A stretch of 55,961 nt of DNA from a virus (IMGVR_UViG_3300033814_000040:1-55961); one strand, 5' to 3'. Counted from the stretch's first letter, positions 45,155 through 54,385 are shown. Notes: generated by a model not told the origin, from the letters alone. Made by a program: numbers and translations.

Positions 45155-46014
45155 CCCTTCCTCTCCGGCACTTGATCCCACACGCGTCCGTCGAGCAACC
45201 GGCCGGCGGCCTTCTTGCCGACGCGCTCCATCATCTCGCCCGGGTGGGCTGGATTCGACCAGTGATGGACGCGGTCCCTCGGGGCGTTCGTGCAGGTCAC
45301 ACGCCCCCATTCTCCCCATTGCTTTAAGAAGAATGGCACCACGGCTGCTTGGCACTGATCGCGCAGGTCGCGCACCCACACGGGGTTCATCGGCCGCGCC
45401 CCTGGACCGCTCTCCCCGCCCACTATCGCCCATCCGATCCCCGTGAAGTCCACCTTCCCGACATCGGCCAGCAGCGGTTCAAATGAGATGAACCGGAGCG
45501 CGGCGGGGACATCCACCAGCGCATCACGACGCCACATCACTTCGGGGCTCTCAATGGTTGTACCGAGCCAGAGATTGGGCAGGACTGGGAACTTCTTGCT
45601 GAGCCCGCCCCGGAAATGGTAAAGCATCCGATCCGGCCGCTTTGTGAGAACCAAGAAAGTGTGCCAAGGCGCAGCCTCTATGTAGCTGAATACGGATACG
45701 ATGAATCCGTGCGGAACATCCTTGTGAAAAAGGTCATTCCACGCCGCCCACACCTGCGGTTTTTTCGTCCGCAACGGTTCCGTCAGCACACGCTCTGTGG
45801 CGAGGCGCACCAATCCGTTCCACTTCCCGCCGGACGTGCATTCCCCCCCGCCGTACCGCTCGGCAATCTTCTCGTTCGGGTTCTTCCCGCGCATCACGGT
45901 CTCCCGCTCCGACCAGCAATGCGCACAACCGGGGGATACTTTTTCGCAACCGGATACCACGCGATAGGAACGATCCCAGTAAAGGCCGCGGTTGATGCGT
46001 GATCGGTCAGGCAT
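45151..46014 (-). CDS. DUF5131 / phage Gp37-Gp68 family (radical-SAM-like)
   Basis: GCEKVSPGCAHCW, DLFH, LTKRP, ISFEPLL, WAIVGGESG, FFLKQWG. Confidence 0.9.
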   Translation of the reverse strand: MPDRSRINRGLYWDRSYRVVSGCEKVSPGCAHCWSERETVMRGKNPNEKIAERYGGGECTSGGKWNGLVRLATERVLTEPLRTKKPQVWAAWNDLFHKDVPHGFIVSVFSYIEAAPWHTFLVLTKRPDRMLYHFRGGLSKKFPVLPNLWLGTTIESPEVMWRRDALVDVPAALRFISFEPLLADVGKVDFTGIGWAIVGGESGPGARPMNPVWVRDLRDQCQAAVVPFFLKQWGEWGRVTCTNAPRDRVHHWSNPAHPGEMMERVGKKAAGRLLDGRVWDQVPERKG

Positions 46015-46235
46015 CAGATCGGACTCTGGTCGTATATCTTCTGATGGATGCTGCAACGATCCATCCCCGGAGCCCGCCGGAACTTGCAACGTGGCGCGGG
46101 GTTCGGCGCCGACCGGCCTGTACCGATCGTGCTGATGCAACGTTCCTCGTCCGGGGGGATCGTGTTGACTCGTCGGGGCTTGGGAGGCGGTTCTTGGAAA
46201 CGGAAGTATGAGAATAACTTTTCGATCCAGTTCAT
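46014..46235 (-). CDS. small Cys/His protein
   Basis: AAAGGA RBS; RC...RC...CSIH. Confidence 0.55.
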   Translation of the reverse strand: MNWIEKLFSYFRFQEPPPKPRRVNTIPPDEERCISTIGTGRSAPNPAPRCKFRRAPGMDRCSIHQKIYDQSPI

Positions 46236-46567
46236 GTTTTGTCCTTTCCTTCGGCTTTGGCGATTGCGGCGCGGGCTCGATCTAATTTCTTTCGATCATC
46301 GAGCGAGAAGGCCAGCCAGTCTGTTGTTTCGACCAGCTTCACAGTTCCAAGCAATGCCTCATACGTTTCCAGCGCGGCGGAGATCAGGCGGGCGTTGGCT
46401 TCGGCTTCTTCAAATGCTTCTTGTGAGAGCGTTCCGCGTTCATACTTCGCAGGGAAGCGCACAGTTGCCAATGGCTTTTCCCCCTTCTCAAAGTGAGGGG
46501 AGAATACTCCTCCTTCCCCGTACCCACCGATATTCCCTAATGTCCACGGTCCCGGCGTGTGCTTCAT
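46232..46567 (-). CDS. conserved phage protein (HTPGPW...ANARLI family)
   Basis: MKHTPGPW...EANARLISAA. Confidence 0.7.
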   Translation of the reverse strand: MKHTPGPWTLGNIGGYGEGGVFSPHFEKGEKPLATVRFPAKYERGTLSQEAFEEAEANARLISAALETYEALLGTVKLVETTDWLAFSLDDRKKLDRARAAIAKAEGKDKT

Positions 46568-46578
46568 CTTCCCTCCTT

Positions 46579-46764
46579 TCACATCGACCTGAATCTTTTC
46601 ATTCTCCGGCGTTCCTCGAAGTAGGGCCTTATCACCGGCTGCCTCCTGGGCGGTATGGTGAAGGTGGCCTTCTGGACGGCCACGGCGCACTTGTGGCATA
46701 CCTTCGAGCGTGCATCCATGGTACCGGGGCAGGAGGGGCAGGGGATGCGGGAGCGGTCAGGCAT
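46579..46764 (-). CDS. small Zn-finger protein
   Basis: CPSC...CHKC; GGAGG RBS. Confidence 0.5.
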   Translation of the reverse strand: MPDRSRIPCPSCPGTMDARSKVCHKCAVAVQKATFTIPPRRQPVIRPYFEERRRMKRFRSM

Positions 46765-46948
46765 GCACTGTCCTCCGTCTCTTCTGCTTCCCGGGCTCAT
46801 GCCCGGCATGGAGTTTCCCGCACCATCGACAACGATATGGCCTGATCTTCTCGCCCGTCTTTCGCGCTGCCGTCCACGCGGCGTCCATCGATTCGTGTCG
46901 CACTTTCCCCTCGCAGGACTTGGAGCGGACGCGGCGCTTGGAGGCCAT
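46757..46948 (-). CDS. small Zn-ribbon protein
   Basis: C.GKVRH...YRCRWCGKLH.GH. Confidence 0.6.
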   Translation of the reverse strand: MASKRRVRSKSCEGKVRHESMDAAWTAARKTGEKIRPYRCRWCGKLHAGHEPGKQKRRRTVHA

Positions 46949-47418
46949 CAGCGGATTGTCTCGCGTATTATTTCTATGGATTGCAGCTCGCACGCAAGGC
47001 GCTGAAGTCCGTTTTCCTCGATCCGATAGAGCTCGTCAGCAAACCCGTACATCACATCGAATTCGCCCTTTGCGAATCCCCCCAGGATGAAAAGGTTCTT
47101 CCCACACCCTCTCGCGTAGCCGGCTTCGAGGTGTGCACTTCGGCCAGCCGGAAGGACGAGTACGACGGCCTCGGCCCAATCCAACCACTTCTTGTCTTCG
47201 GAGAACGCCCACTTCGTTCGGGCGTCGTGCAGAAACGAAATTGCGTCATAGTTTTGAAGCTCCGCCTCCGTCTTGACGAGCTCGGTCCAATGGAATACAT
47301 ACCGGCCGGAACTTTGATCACAGAAACAATCGACCGTATGCCCCACGCCGCGAAGGTACTCCGCGACTATTCCTGCAAGTTCACTGTTTTTCCAGGACGA
47401 TGCGATGTAGATCCTCAT
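46948..47418 (-). CDS. nucleoside 2-deoxyribosyltransferase-like protein
   Basis: IYIASSW, D...LDWAEAVVLVLPAGRSAHLEAGYA.G.GK. Confidence 0.7.
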   Translation of the reverse strand: MRIYIASSWKNSELAGIVAEYLRGVGHTVDCFCDQSSGRYVFHWTELVKTEAELQNYDAISFLHDARTKWAFSEDKKWLDWAEAVVLVLPAGRSAHLEAGYARGCGKNLFILGGFAKGEFDVMYGFADELYRIEENGLQRLACELQSIEIIRETIR

Positions 47419-48908
47419 CCCGCCACAACCTTCCCCTCGCGCACCTCGAGCTCGCCCTTGTGTGGAGCACCGACGCGCGTTACGAAGTACTGGAACCCGT
47501 CCGAACCTGACTGCTTCACGAATTCGGCGAATGCTTCCTCGTCCAGACGTTCGACCCCGTCGATGCAGATGAGCGGCAGTTCCCGGGAGAGGGCCCGGGC
47601 GATCGACAGGGTGACCTCGATCTGCTCCGAGGCAGAAAGCTGGTCGATCGGCACACCGGAGACGAGGATCCCCGCCTCTCCGATCTGCAGTCCCTCGATC
47701 GGAAGTTTCGCCTCGGCCAGCGCCTTGGCGGGGAGTTCCTTCCCGAAGAGTTCCGTCAAGGCGGACAGTCGGCCGGATTCATCCTCGAGTTTCTGGACTT
47801 CCTCCCCGAGCATGGATGCCTCCTCGAATATTGCCATGCGCTTCTGTTCGTCCTTGAGGGCCACGACCCGGGTAGTCGTTTCGGCAAGGCTCTCCTTCTC
47901 GGCCTCAAGTTTTTTCGCGTCGAAGGGGACCGGAAGTTCCTCGAGGGTCTGCACGTTCCTCTGAATCATCGATTCGATCCCTTTCGCCTCCTCAAGCAGA
48001 ATTTCCCGGCGTCTGATTTCCTTGGCGATGTGATCACGATTGTTCATCGCCACCCGCAGGTTCTCTTCAAGCTCATTTACGAGTGCCTGCGCCTGAGACT
48101 CGTCGGTATCGGTGAACGTGATCGCTTCGGCCTTCTTGATCCGCGGTTCCCATCGGTTCTGACGGAGATCTGCCTGCTCATCCTTGATCCGTGCCCGGGT
48201 TTTCTCCGCCCGCTCCGCCGCCTTCTGTTCCTCCTCGAGGGCGGCGATTCTTCGTTCGATGGTCTGTTCCTGATCTCGCCACCTGTCGATCTCGATAAGG
48301 ACGTTCGGGTTGTAGACGTACGTCTCGGGGAGCTTCTTTTTTGTCTCCGCGGCCGCGGACATTTTCTGCTTGAGCGTGCGGTTCACTTCCGTGCGCTGGC
48401 GGTAGAACCATCCGTGCGCCTCGGCGTACTGCTCGAGCGCCGGCCCCGAGGGCGGTACCGGGACGTGCGTACCATCCCCGGCCGCTTCCCGGATCTGCTC
48501 GGCGGTGACCGTGACGTCCATGGCCTTGAGGAGGTAATCCTTCCGGGCCTTCGCCTCGGACAAAAGGAACGCCAGCGGGTTGAATGCGAAGTTCCCGAGC
48601 AGCCCGTCGAGGAATTTCTGCGGGGCGGTCCGGACGAATCCCTCTTTCGTTTTCACCGTGACGCTGTGGGTCTTGTGGGTCTGCACCCGGGTCACCAGGA
48701 TGTCCTCGAGGTCGACGACGATCTCCGCGCGTTCGGTTCCCTGGTGGATCGCCGCCGGCGTGCATCCTTTGAAGGCCGCCTCGATGGCTTTGAGGATGGA
48801 CGATTTGCCCTGGCGGTTCTTCCCGGCCAGCACCGTGATCTTGCCGGGAGAGATTTCCGCGTCCTTGATGCCGAGGAAATCTTTGATTTTCAGCCTTGCG
48901 ATTTTCAT
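47415..48908 (-). CDS. Rad50/SbcC-like AAA ATPase
   Basis: Walker A GKNRQGKSS, coiled coil, signature LSASEQ, Walker B ICIDGVE. Confidence 0.85.
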   Translation of the reverse strand: MKIARLKIKDFLGIKDAEISPGKITVLAGKNRQGKSSILKAIEAAFKGCTPAAIHQGTERAEIVVDLEDILVTRVQTHKTHSVTVKTKEGFVRTAPQKFLDGLLGNFAFNPLAFLLSEAKARKDYLLKAMDVTVTAEQIREAAGDGTHVPVPPSGPALEQYAEAHGWFYRQRTEVNRTLKQKMSAAAETKKKLPETYVYNPNVLIEIDRWRDQEQTIERRIAALEEEQKAAERAEKTRARIKDEQADLRQNRWEPRIKKAEAITFTDTDESQAQALVNELEENLRVAMNNRDHIAKEIRRREILLEEAKGIESMIQRNVQTLEELPVPFDAKKLEAEKESLAETTTRVVALKDEQKRMAIFEEASMLGEEVQKLEDESGRLSALTELFGKELPAKALAEAKLPIEGLQIGEAGILVSGVPIDQLSASEQIEVTLSIARALSRELPLICIDGVERLDEEAFAEFVKQSGSDGFQYFVTRVGAPHKGELEVREGKVVAG

Positions 48909-48933
48909 GGGGTCTCCTTTCGTTGAGGCTTTG

Positions 48934-50178
48934 CTACGCCGCCAGCTCCTTCATCTTGTCGTCGTACACTTTCCGGATGGCCGTCTGGATCCCGGTGGGT
49001 TTCTTCTTTACCAGTTCGAGGACCGCATTCCACCTCGCCTCGCAGTCGGCCTTTGTTCTGGCTTTCATGAGGTATCCTGGGACGCCGGCGTATTCATGCG
49101 GCGGCGGTTCAGAAGGGACTTTGTCGGGCGGAAATGGATCGTCTTCCTGTTCGTCGGCGCCAGGTTCGCGCTCGGGGGGGACTTCCTTCTCCACGACCTC
49201 CGCATCGACTGTCCGCTCCTCCTGGGGGCCTTCCGTGGCACCCACTACCTCGGGTTCCTTGGCAGCCAGGTCCGGGGGCGTGAGCGGTTTCCCGTCCAAG
49301 GTCGGTTCCGAAGCGTCCCGGATCTCGTCGTGGCGATCGTCGGGCGGAGGCGGGAGGGCTGGAAGTTCCGGTTCCCCCGGAAGAAGCGCGGAGATCGCGT
49401 CCCGCTGTCGGAGCATGGCCGCTTGGCGGGCATCCCCGTCGAAGGTAAAAACCCACAGGGGCTTGATGACCGCCTTTCCTTCGGGCGTGTTGATCTGCTG
49501 CGGGACCAGGGAAATCCGCAGGGGGACATAGGAGATCCTCCGCAGGAGCGATTGCTGCACCGTCTCGGGGAAGTCCGGGTCCCCGGAGATCTCGTTCATG
49601 AAGCTGTTCGTACGGATGATGTTGTGGACCGACCCGGTGTCGATCTGGAAGCACCCCTGCACCTTGATCTTGTACAGAGCAATCATGAGGCTGGCCCGGG
49701 GTGCACATCCGTTCCCGAGGAAGTCGCAGGGGCACTTCATGGAAAACATCCCGCCATTCTGCTCGTCGATCCTGGAGGCCACCTGTCCATCGCCCCGGCA
49801 AAAGAGCCTCGGGCCCTTGTAATGTTTCAACGCTTGCGGGAACACCAGGGAACGGTTCTCGGTCGGGAAGAAGAACTGGAGGCTGGTTGGCTTCTCTCCG
49901 TACTCCTTGATCATGGCTTCGTGGATCCCGGGCGGATAATCCTCCGGGCCATCGAACACGAAATAGTCCGTCTGGACCGGCCTGGAGCAGTACATACACA
50001 TCTCATCGTCCTGGTGGTTCTTCTTTCGGCACTCGGCGTTCTTGCTGGCGATCGGAACCTTGATCCCGAGCCGGATCTTCCCCAGGCGGGTCAACTGCAC
50101 CGTCTGCGACAGGTTCATGATGCTGGTCGTGTGAACCCGCGGGGTGGTGAAATTGAAAACGCGCTTTGTTCGGGCCAT
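48934..50178 (-). CDS. Gp3-like (recombination directionality factor-like) putative annealing protein
   Basis: RLGKIRLG, DYFVF, CRGDG, CPC...C, G.FQIDTGS; acidic C-terminal tail; lies between the exonuclease and ATPase. Confidence 0.65.
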   Translation of the reverse strand: MARTKRVFNFTTPRVHTTSIMNLSQTVQLTRLGKIRLGIKVPIASKNAECRKKNHQDDEMCMYCSRPVQTDYFVFDGPEDYPPGIHEAMIKEYGEKPTSLQFFFPTENRSLVFPQALKHYKGPRLFCRGDGQVASRIDEQNGGMFSMKCPCDFLGNGCAPRASLMIALYKIKVQGCFQIDTGSVHNIIRTNSFMNEISGDPDFPETVQQSLLRRISYVPLRISLVPQQINTPEGKAVIKPLWVFTFDGDARQAAMLRQRDAISALLPGEPELPALPPPPDDRHDEIRDASEPTLDGKPLTPPDLAAKEPEVVGATEGPQEERTVDAEVVEKEVPPEREPGADEQEDDPFPPDKVPSEPPPHEYAGVPGYLMKARTKADCEARWNAVLELVKKKPTGIQTAIRKVYDDKMKELAA

Positions 50179-50179
50179 G

Positions 50180-51091
50180 CTATTCCTCCTCGTTCTTCGG
50201 TAATGGCGTTGCGCGCGCCTGCCGGCCCCAATCGCATGCTGTCCATACTGGACAGAACCGGGCGCACCGGACGTCCACGCCTTTGTCGTTCCTCCACCGC
50301 TCGTGCTCGGAGCACACCGGCGGCATCTCCTTTTTCTCCACGGCCTCGCAGAGCGCCTTGTTGCGTGCCTGGTAGAAGGCCACGACGGTCTCCCGGTCGA
50401 ACAGCGTCACCGGGAACATATAGATCTGGCGGTCGAGGCCGCTGGACTTCGCCGTCGACTGCGTGAAATCACGGATGGTGAACTGCGCCTTGTATCGGTC
50501 GACCTTGTATCCCATGTCCCGCATCATCCAGGCATACCGGGAGCACTGCATCCGAAGATCGAAGTCGTCCGGTTCCCGGAGCGCCCACTCCGTGCGGGTT
50601 TTTTCCTGGCCCTTCCTCGGTCCCGACTTGAAAAATTCCCCCGTCGGGACATCGATCTTGTATTTGCCCTGCAGCCGGACGATTTTCCACGCGCCGGCCG
50701 TCTTGTAATCGAGCATCTCGTGGACCCCATCCTCTTCCTCGTAAAAGTCGAAGATGCCCGTCGAATCGGAATCCTCAAGCCCCTCCTCCATCAGGGCGTC
50801 CGGAAGGTCCAGCTTCTGGTGCTTCATGTGGTGGAACGTACCGAGCAGCGCGAAGGCCCGATCACAGGGTCTCTCGCTGTAGTCGGTGGTGAGGCGAAGG
50901 AACTCATATCTGGTGCCGTTGAGTGCCTGCGTCGTGGAGATCTTCCCCTTCCACTGGCGCCGGCTGCGGGAGAACAGGATGCAGGTCGGCCTGGAAACGC
51001 ACCGCTCGGTCATCCTGCAGCCACCCTTCTCGCAGCAGGTCTCGATCAGGATCGTTTCCCCGTCTGGACATTCAAACCAGCGCCATGGCAT
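50180..51091 (-). CDS. Cas4-like PD-(D/E)xK exonuclease
   Basis: GTFHH, TGIFD, LDYKT, Q...Y, C-terminal RCARFCPVWTAC. Confidence 0.8.
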   Translation of the reverse strand: MPWRWFECPDGETILIETCCEKGGCRMTERCVSRPTCILFSRSRRQWKGKISTTQALNGTRYEFLRLTTDYSERPCDRAFALLGTFHHMKHQKLDLPDALMEEGLEDSDSTGIFDFYEEEDGVHEMLDYKTAGAWKIVRLQGKYKIDVPTGEFFKSGPRKGQEKTRTEWALREPDDFDLRMQCSRYAWMMRDMGYKVDRYKAQFTIRDFTQSTAKSSGLDRQIYMFPVTLFDRETVVAFYQARNKALCEAVEKKEMPPVCSEHERWRNDKGVDVRCARFCPVWTACDWGRQARATPLPKNEEE

Positions 51092-51094
51092 CGG

Positions 51095-51412
51095 CTACTT
51101 CTCCTCGGCCTTGGCGATCACGGCCTCGGCCTTGGCGATCGCCGCCTCGGCCTTCTCGACGGCCATGCGCTCGCTCTCATCGAACAGCCCCTGCGCCTTG
51201 TGGACGGACACGGAGAACTTCAACGCCGCCAGAAGGATCGCGTGACAGTTCGCGGCGTGGGCGATGAAGGCGGCGTTGTCTTCCATCAGCGTTGTCAGGG
51301 TCGCTCCGTCATCGTTGATGATCTCGCAGACCCGGCTCCCCCCTTTCGCCCTGACCGAGATCGCATTGAGCGCTGTTTTGACGGGCTTCCAAGGCAATTT
51401 CGAATGACGCAT
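51095..51412 (-). CDS. conserved phage protein, paralog of 46232-46567
   Basis: MRHSKLPW...DNAAFIAHAAN...LLAALK...AAIAKAE. Confidence 0.6.
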   Translation of the reverse strand: MRHSKLPWKPVKTALNAISVRAKGGSRVCEIINDDGATLTTLMEDNAAFIAHAANCHAILLAALKFSVSVHKAQGLFDESERMAVEKAEAAIAKAEAVIAKAEEK

Positions 51413-51603
51413 CAACCTCTCCTTTCCACGGCCGCTACGATATTTGCGATCGCGGCCTGCTGGCCAGGGGTGCAGTGTTCCATTTCCCCGACTGTCTCGG
51501 CGATCCCGGAGAGCGTGTCCTCGGCCCACTCGAAATCCGAGTCGGAGAGCAGATCATCGAGCTTCTCAAGGAAGTCCTGGTACCCGCAGAAATTACAAGC
51601 CAT
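51412..51603 (-). CDS. small acidic protein
   Basis: 63 aa; TGATG coupling. Confidence 0.6.
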   Translation of the reverse strand: MACNFCGYQDFLEKLDDLLSDSDFEWAEDTLSGIAETVGEMEHCTPGQQAAIANIVAAVERRG

Positions 51604-52066
51604 TGGGATCCCTCTCTGATATTTTTTTCTGGTCCTTCCTCCTTCGGTCTCTTTCTCTCGTCGCACGGCAGGCGCGGCAGTATCGGCGCCCCTTCGCGTC
51701 GATGTAGGTGTTCGGAATATCGTATTGGTGCCCCGCCGGGCAGTGGGTCTTTACACGATTCATCGCAAGCGGCGACATTGAGTTTTCGAGTACGTTCACC
51801 TTTCGGCTGACGACGCGTAAATGGTCTGGTCTTACACAAGAACGGTTCCTGCAAATATGGTCTATAACCATCCCATCCGGAATCTTCATTCCATGGAAGT
51901 GTTCGTACGAGTACCGGTGTGCACACACAACATCCTCGGGTTTCGTCTTGCGGTTGCCTCCCAAGCGAAAGCGTCCGTAACCAGTGCTTTTCCCTGCCAA
52001 CCAAGGCCAACAGCCATCAGGGTCGTTGATGCTTAAATCTACCTTCCTGAAAAATCTCTCGCACAT
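51593..52066 (-). CDS. HNH homing-type endonuclease
   Basis: CWPW...GYGRF, AHRYSY, IDHICRNRSCVRPDHL, KTHCPAGH, CRAC; lower GC. Confidence 0.9.
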   Translation of the reverse strand: MCERFFRKVDLSINDPDGCWPWLAGKSTGYGRFRLGGNRKTKPEDVVCAHRYSYEHFHGMKIPDGMVIDHICRNRSCVRPDHLRVVSRKVNVLENSMSPLAMNRVKTHCPAGHQYDIPNTYIDAKGRRYCRACRATRERDRRRKDQKKISERDPNGL

Positions 52067-52398
52067 CACCTCTCCCCGTGGATCTTCTCGTCCCCGAGCC
52101 GATCCGCCTCGTTCAGCCGGCGTTCGAGTTCGGTGCACTCGTCCGAACAGCATTCCGTGCGCTCCGCGAATGTGAAGTCGTCCGGGACGAATTCGGCGCT
52201 GCACATTTTGCAGGTCACCTTGAACCGGTCGATCTCCTTGAGGAGGAGGCGGATCCTGGTCTTATTCAGGACATCCTGCCCCCGAAGGCGCTCCAGTTCC
52301 TGCTCCGGCGTTTCCTCGCTGTAGTCGAACATCGGATGGTCTCCTCTGTATCGTCTGTCGAATCCGCGCCGGATGAAAAGATCATGATGGTCGGTCAT
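52066..52398 (-). CDS. hypothetical protein with Zn-binding motif
   Basis: GGAGG RBS; CKMC...CSDEC. Confidence 0.6.
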   Translation of the reverse strand: MTDHHDLFIRRGFDRRYRGDHPMFDYSEETPEQELERLRGQDVLNKTRIRLLLKEIDRFKVTCKMCSAEFVPDDFTFAERTECCSDECTELERRLNEADRLGDEKIHGER

Positions 52399-52402
52399 GT
52401 CT

Positions 52403-52477
52403 TCACCTCCCCTTGACCAGCGGCCATATCCACACCGCCAGGCAGATAAGGAAAACGGCAAACAACAGGTCAGTCAT
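52403..52477 (-). CDS. 24-aa single-TM peptide (not in ORF track)
   Basis: MTDLLFAVFLICLAVWIWPLVKGR; GGAGG RBS, TGATG coupling. Confidence 0.55.
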   Translation of the reverse strand: MTDLLFAVFLICLAVWIWPLVKGR

Positions 52478-52686
52478 CACTTCACCTCCACAATCCGCAC
52501 CTTGGCGATCCGGATCACGGGCGGGGAACCGCTATACATACTGCGATCCGCGCGGCGCAAAGTTTCAGGCATTGAGTGGGCAACGGTATATTGGTCGAAG
52601 AAGCACCCCGTCTCATCTCCTCGGACGGCGACGTGGAATACCTCGTCGGCGGGGGCGTATGGACATGGCTTGGGGTCTGTGCTCAT
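52477..52686 (-). CDS. hypothetical protein
   Basis: GGAGG RBS, ATGA overlap. Confidence 0.55.
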   Translation of the reverse strand: MSTDPKPCPYAPADEVFHVAVRGDETGCFFDQYTVAHSMPETLRRADRSMYSGSPPVIRIAKVRIVEVK

Positions 52687-52823
52687 CGTTCCGCCCTCCC
52701 CAGTTCCCGGTCGATCCGGTTGCACACTTCATCGAACACCGTGCAACCGAAGAAGAAGCATAGGATCCAGCGTGCCCGCCAGTTGCATCGTGAACAGGTC
52801 AGATATTCAGCGAGCTTCCTCAT
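52683..52823 (-). CDS. small Cys-rich protein
   Basis: AGGAGG RBS; MRKLAEYLTCSRC. Confidence 0.5.
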   Translation of the reverse strand: MRKLAEYLTCSRCNWRARWILCFFFGCTVFDEVCNRIDRELGRAER

Positions 52824-52830
52824 GGCTGTT

Positions 52831-53079
52831 TCACCTCCTGCGCATGATTGTGTTTCTTCCTGGGGAGCGACGGTCGCCCGACTCCCCGTTCGGGCTCTCG
52901 CCATCCATCACGAAGAACAGGCCACAGGCCAGGATGCCAACCCCGCAGATCGTTATCGACCAGTTGGGGCCTTCCGGTATGTCGATCCCGAGCCCGAGCC
53001 CAAGCCCGGCGAAGAATGCGCCCACTAAGGTCAGCGCGAAACCGAACGATAGAGCTGCTGATCCTCTCGAAGATTCCAT
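52831..53079 (-). CDS. two-TM membrane protein
   Basis: Two hydrophobic helices; alternative frame 52820-53083 is also open. Confidence 0.45.
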   Translation of the reverse strand: MESSRGSAALSFGFALTLVGAFFAGLGLGLGIDIPEGPNWSITICGVGILACGLFFVMDGESPNGESGDRRSPGRNTIMRRR

Positions 53080-53397
53080 TCATGCAGACCTCCTTTCCCG
53101 GATTTTCTCGATGGCCTCTGACACGTCCCGAGTGGTAAGTCGCCAGGAATCATCCTTGATCCTGCCGATGACGGCGAACTTGAAATCTTGGTATAACCCC
53201 AACGCTTCTTCTTCGTTCCCCAGGTGGTTGCAGAGGATCGCCAGCGAGAGCTGTGCTGGCCCGCTCCCGCCATATCCCCACTCGAATCCGGTCGGTGAAT
53301 GATTGCGAACCTTAAGCCTCGGGTTGAGCGGACTTCCATTGACGGTGACAAACGCTCCCGTTGGTGTGCGGAGTCCGTCATATATTTTCTCTTTCAT
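53080..53397 (-). CDS. DUF6166-like protein
   Basis: NHSPTGFEWGYGGSGPAQLSLAIL. Confidence 0.8.
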   Translation of the reverse strand: MKEKIYDGLRTPTGAFVTVNGSPLNPRLKVRNHSPTGFEWGYGGSGPAQLSLAILCNHLGNEEEALGLYQDFKFAVIGRIKDDSWRLTTRDVSEAIEKIRERRSA

Positions 53398-53415
53398 TCG
53401 ATTGACCTCCTTTCG

Positions 53416-53517
53416 CTATCCGAAGACGGCAAGCATCAAGAAAACAGCCGCGAAAAAAAGAACCACCGAAACGATCTCAATCCACAATGGGCCGGAGGCG
53501 TCGTATTCAGATTTCAC
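53416..53517 (-). CDS. 33-aa single-TM peptide (not in ORF track)
   Basis: MKSEYDASGPLWIEIVSVVLFFAAVFLMLAVFG; GTGA overlap. Confidence 0.55.
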   Translation of the reverse strand: MKSEYDASGPLWIEIVSVVLFFAAVFLMLAVFG

Positions 53518-53600
53518 CGCGGCCCCCCTGTTCCGATGAAGATCAGCCCGGCGACGACGATCATCACCGCCACTCCAAGCATCGTAAATGTCATCAACAT
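53514..53600 (-). CDS. 28-aa single-TM peptide (not in ORF track)
   Basis: MLMTFTMLGVAVMIVVAGLIFIGTGGPR; AAAGGAGG RBS. Confidence 0.55.
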   Translation of the reverse strand: MLMTFTMLGVAVMIVVAGLIFIGTGGPR

Positions 53601-53857
53601 GGAGGACCTCCTTTCGTTTTGGATCGAAGGGCGGCCTCGTGGTATTTCTCGATGGCTTCCAACGACGGCCACGCGATAAATTCTCCGGTTACGTTGTCGT
53701 GGTGGCTGGTTGAGACGTACCCGTATCTTTCCAGTTCTTCCTTGTAGGTTTCGACTAGCGTAGGGGTCATGCGGTTCTTCTTGTAATATCTGTTCAGGTA
53801 GTCCTCAACGCTGTCGGCCTCGACAATCCTGATATTGCGCCACCACTTCCTGTCCAT
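53594..53857 (-). CDS. hypothetical protein, first clear gene of the PL operon
   Basis: G-rich RBS; 87 aa. Confidence 0.6.
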   Translation of the reverse strand: MDRKWWRNIRIVEADSVEDYLNRYYKKNRMTPTLVETYKEELERYGYVSTSHHDNVTGEFIAWPSLEAIEKYHEAALRSKTKGGPPC

Positions 53858-54327
53858 CGTTTTAGCCCCCCCTGGGGCGGTTGCCCGCCCCGTCCGGTTC
53901 GTTGCCGCCGCCCAACTTTAGTGCTGGCGGGCCGGATTCTTACCGGCTTTGGCCGTACTCAATGGCGATATCCCTTTCGGGGTGCGCATATCTGCTTTCG
54001 CAGTTCCCACACCAATCTCGGAGATCAGCCCGAGCACCTACTCGTTGAATCAGCGGGAACCTCCTATGCACGGCCTTGATCCCGCTCCTCAGCGTGTTCC
54101 ACCACGCCGCCGCCAGCACTCTCAAAGATCGTTTCCGCCGCCGCCCCATTCGATTGGGCCGGGCTAGGTTCCCCCGGTTAGTCCGCCCCTATGCGCGGAA
54201 CCCCTTGCCATCCCGTATCGCCCTTCCCTTTTCCCCCTTCCGCGATCGGCGTCGCGCCCAGCCGCCGGAGCCGCTCGGGGCGTCGTGTCCTGCGAGAGAG
54301 ATTCAAGGAACAGGCGATGTTGGGATG

Positions 54328-54379
54328 AGAATACAACATTAGGCGTATATGTCAAGCAGAAATACAACTGTGGGCGTAA
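54328..54379 (-). promoter_or_regulatory. PL-like promoter with two operators
   Basis: Minus strand TTGACA-N16-TATTCT; imperfect palindromes ATACAAC-N4-GGCGTA(T/A) at 54331-54348 and 54362-54379. Confidence 0.75.
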
Positions 54380-54385
54380 TAATGG

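Noticed and set aside
45994-46764. Two unrelated genes both starting MPDRSRI (46014 and 46764)
   Set aside because: About 21 bp of imperfect identity; may be a recombination scar but is too short to support a claim.
52820-53083. Alternative frame with ATGA coupling at both ends
   Set aside because: The product looks like Arg-rich shadow sequence, while the overlapping 52831-53079 frame gives a coherent two-TM protein. Not fully resolved.
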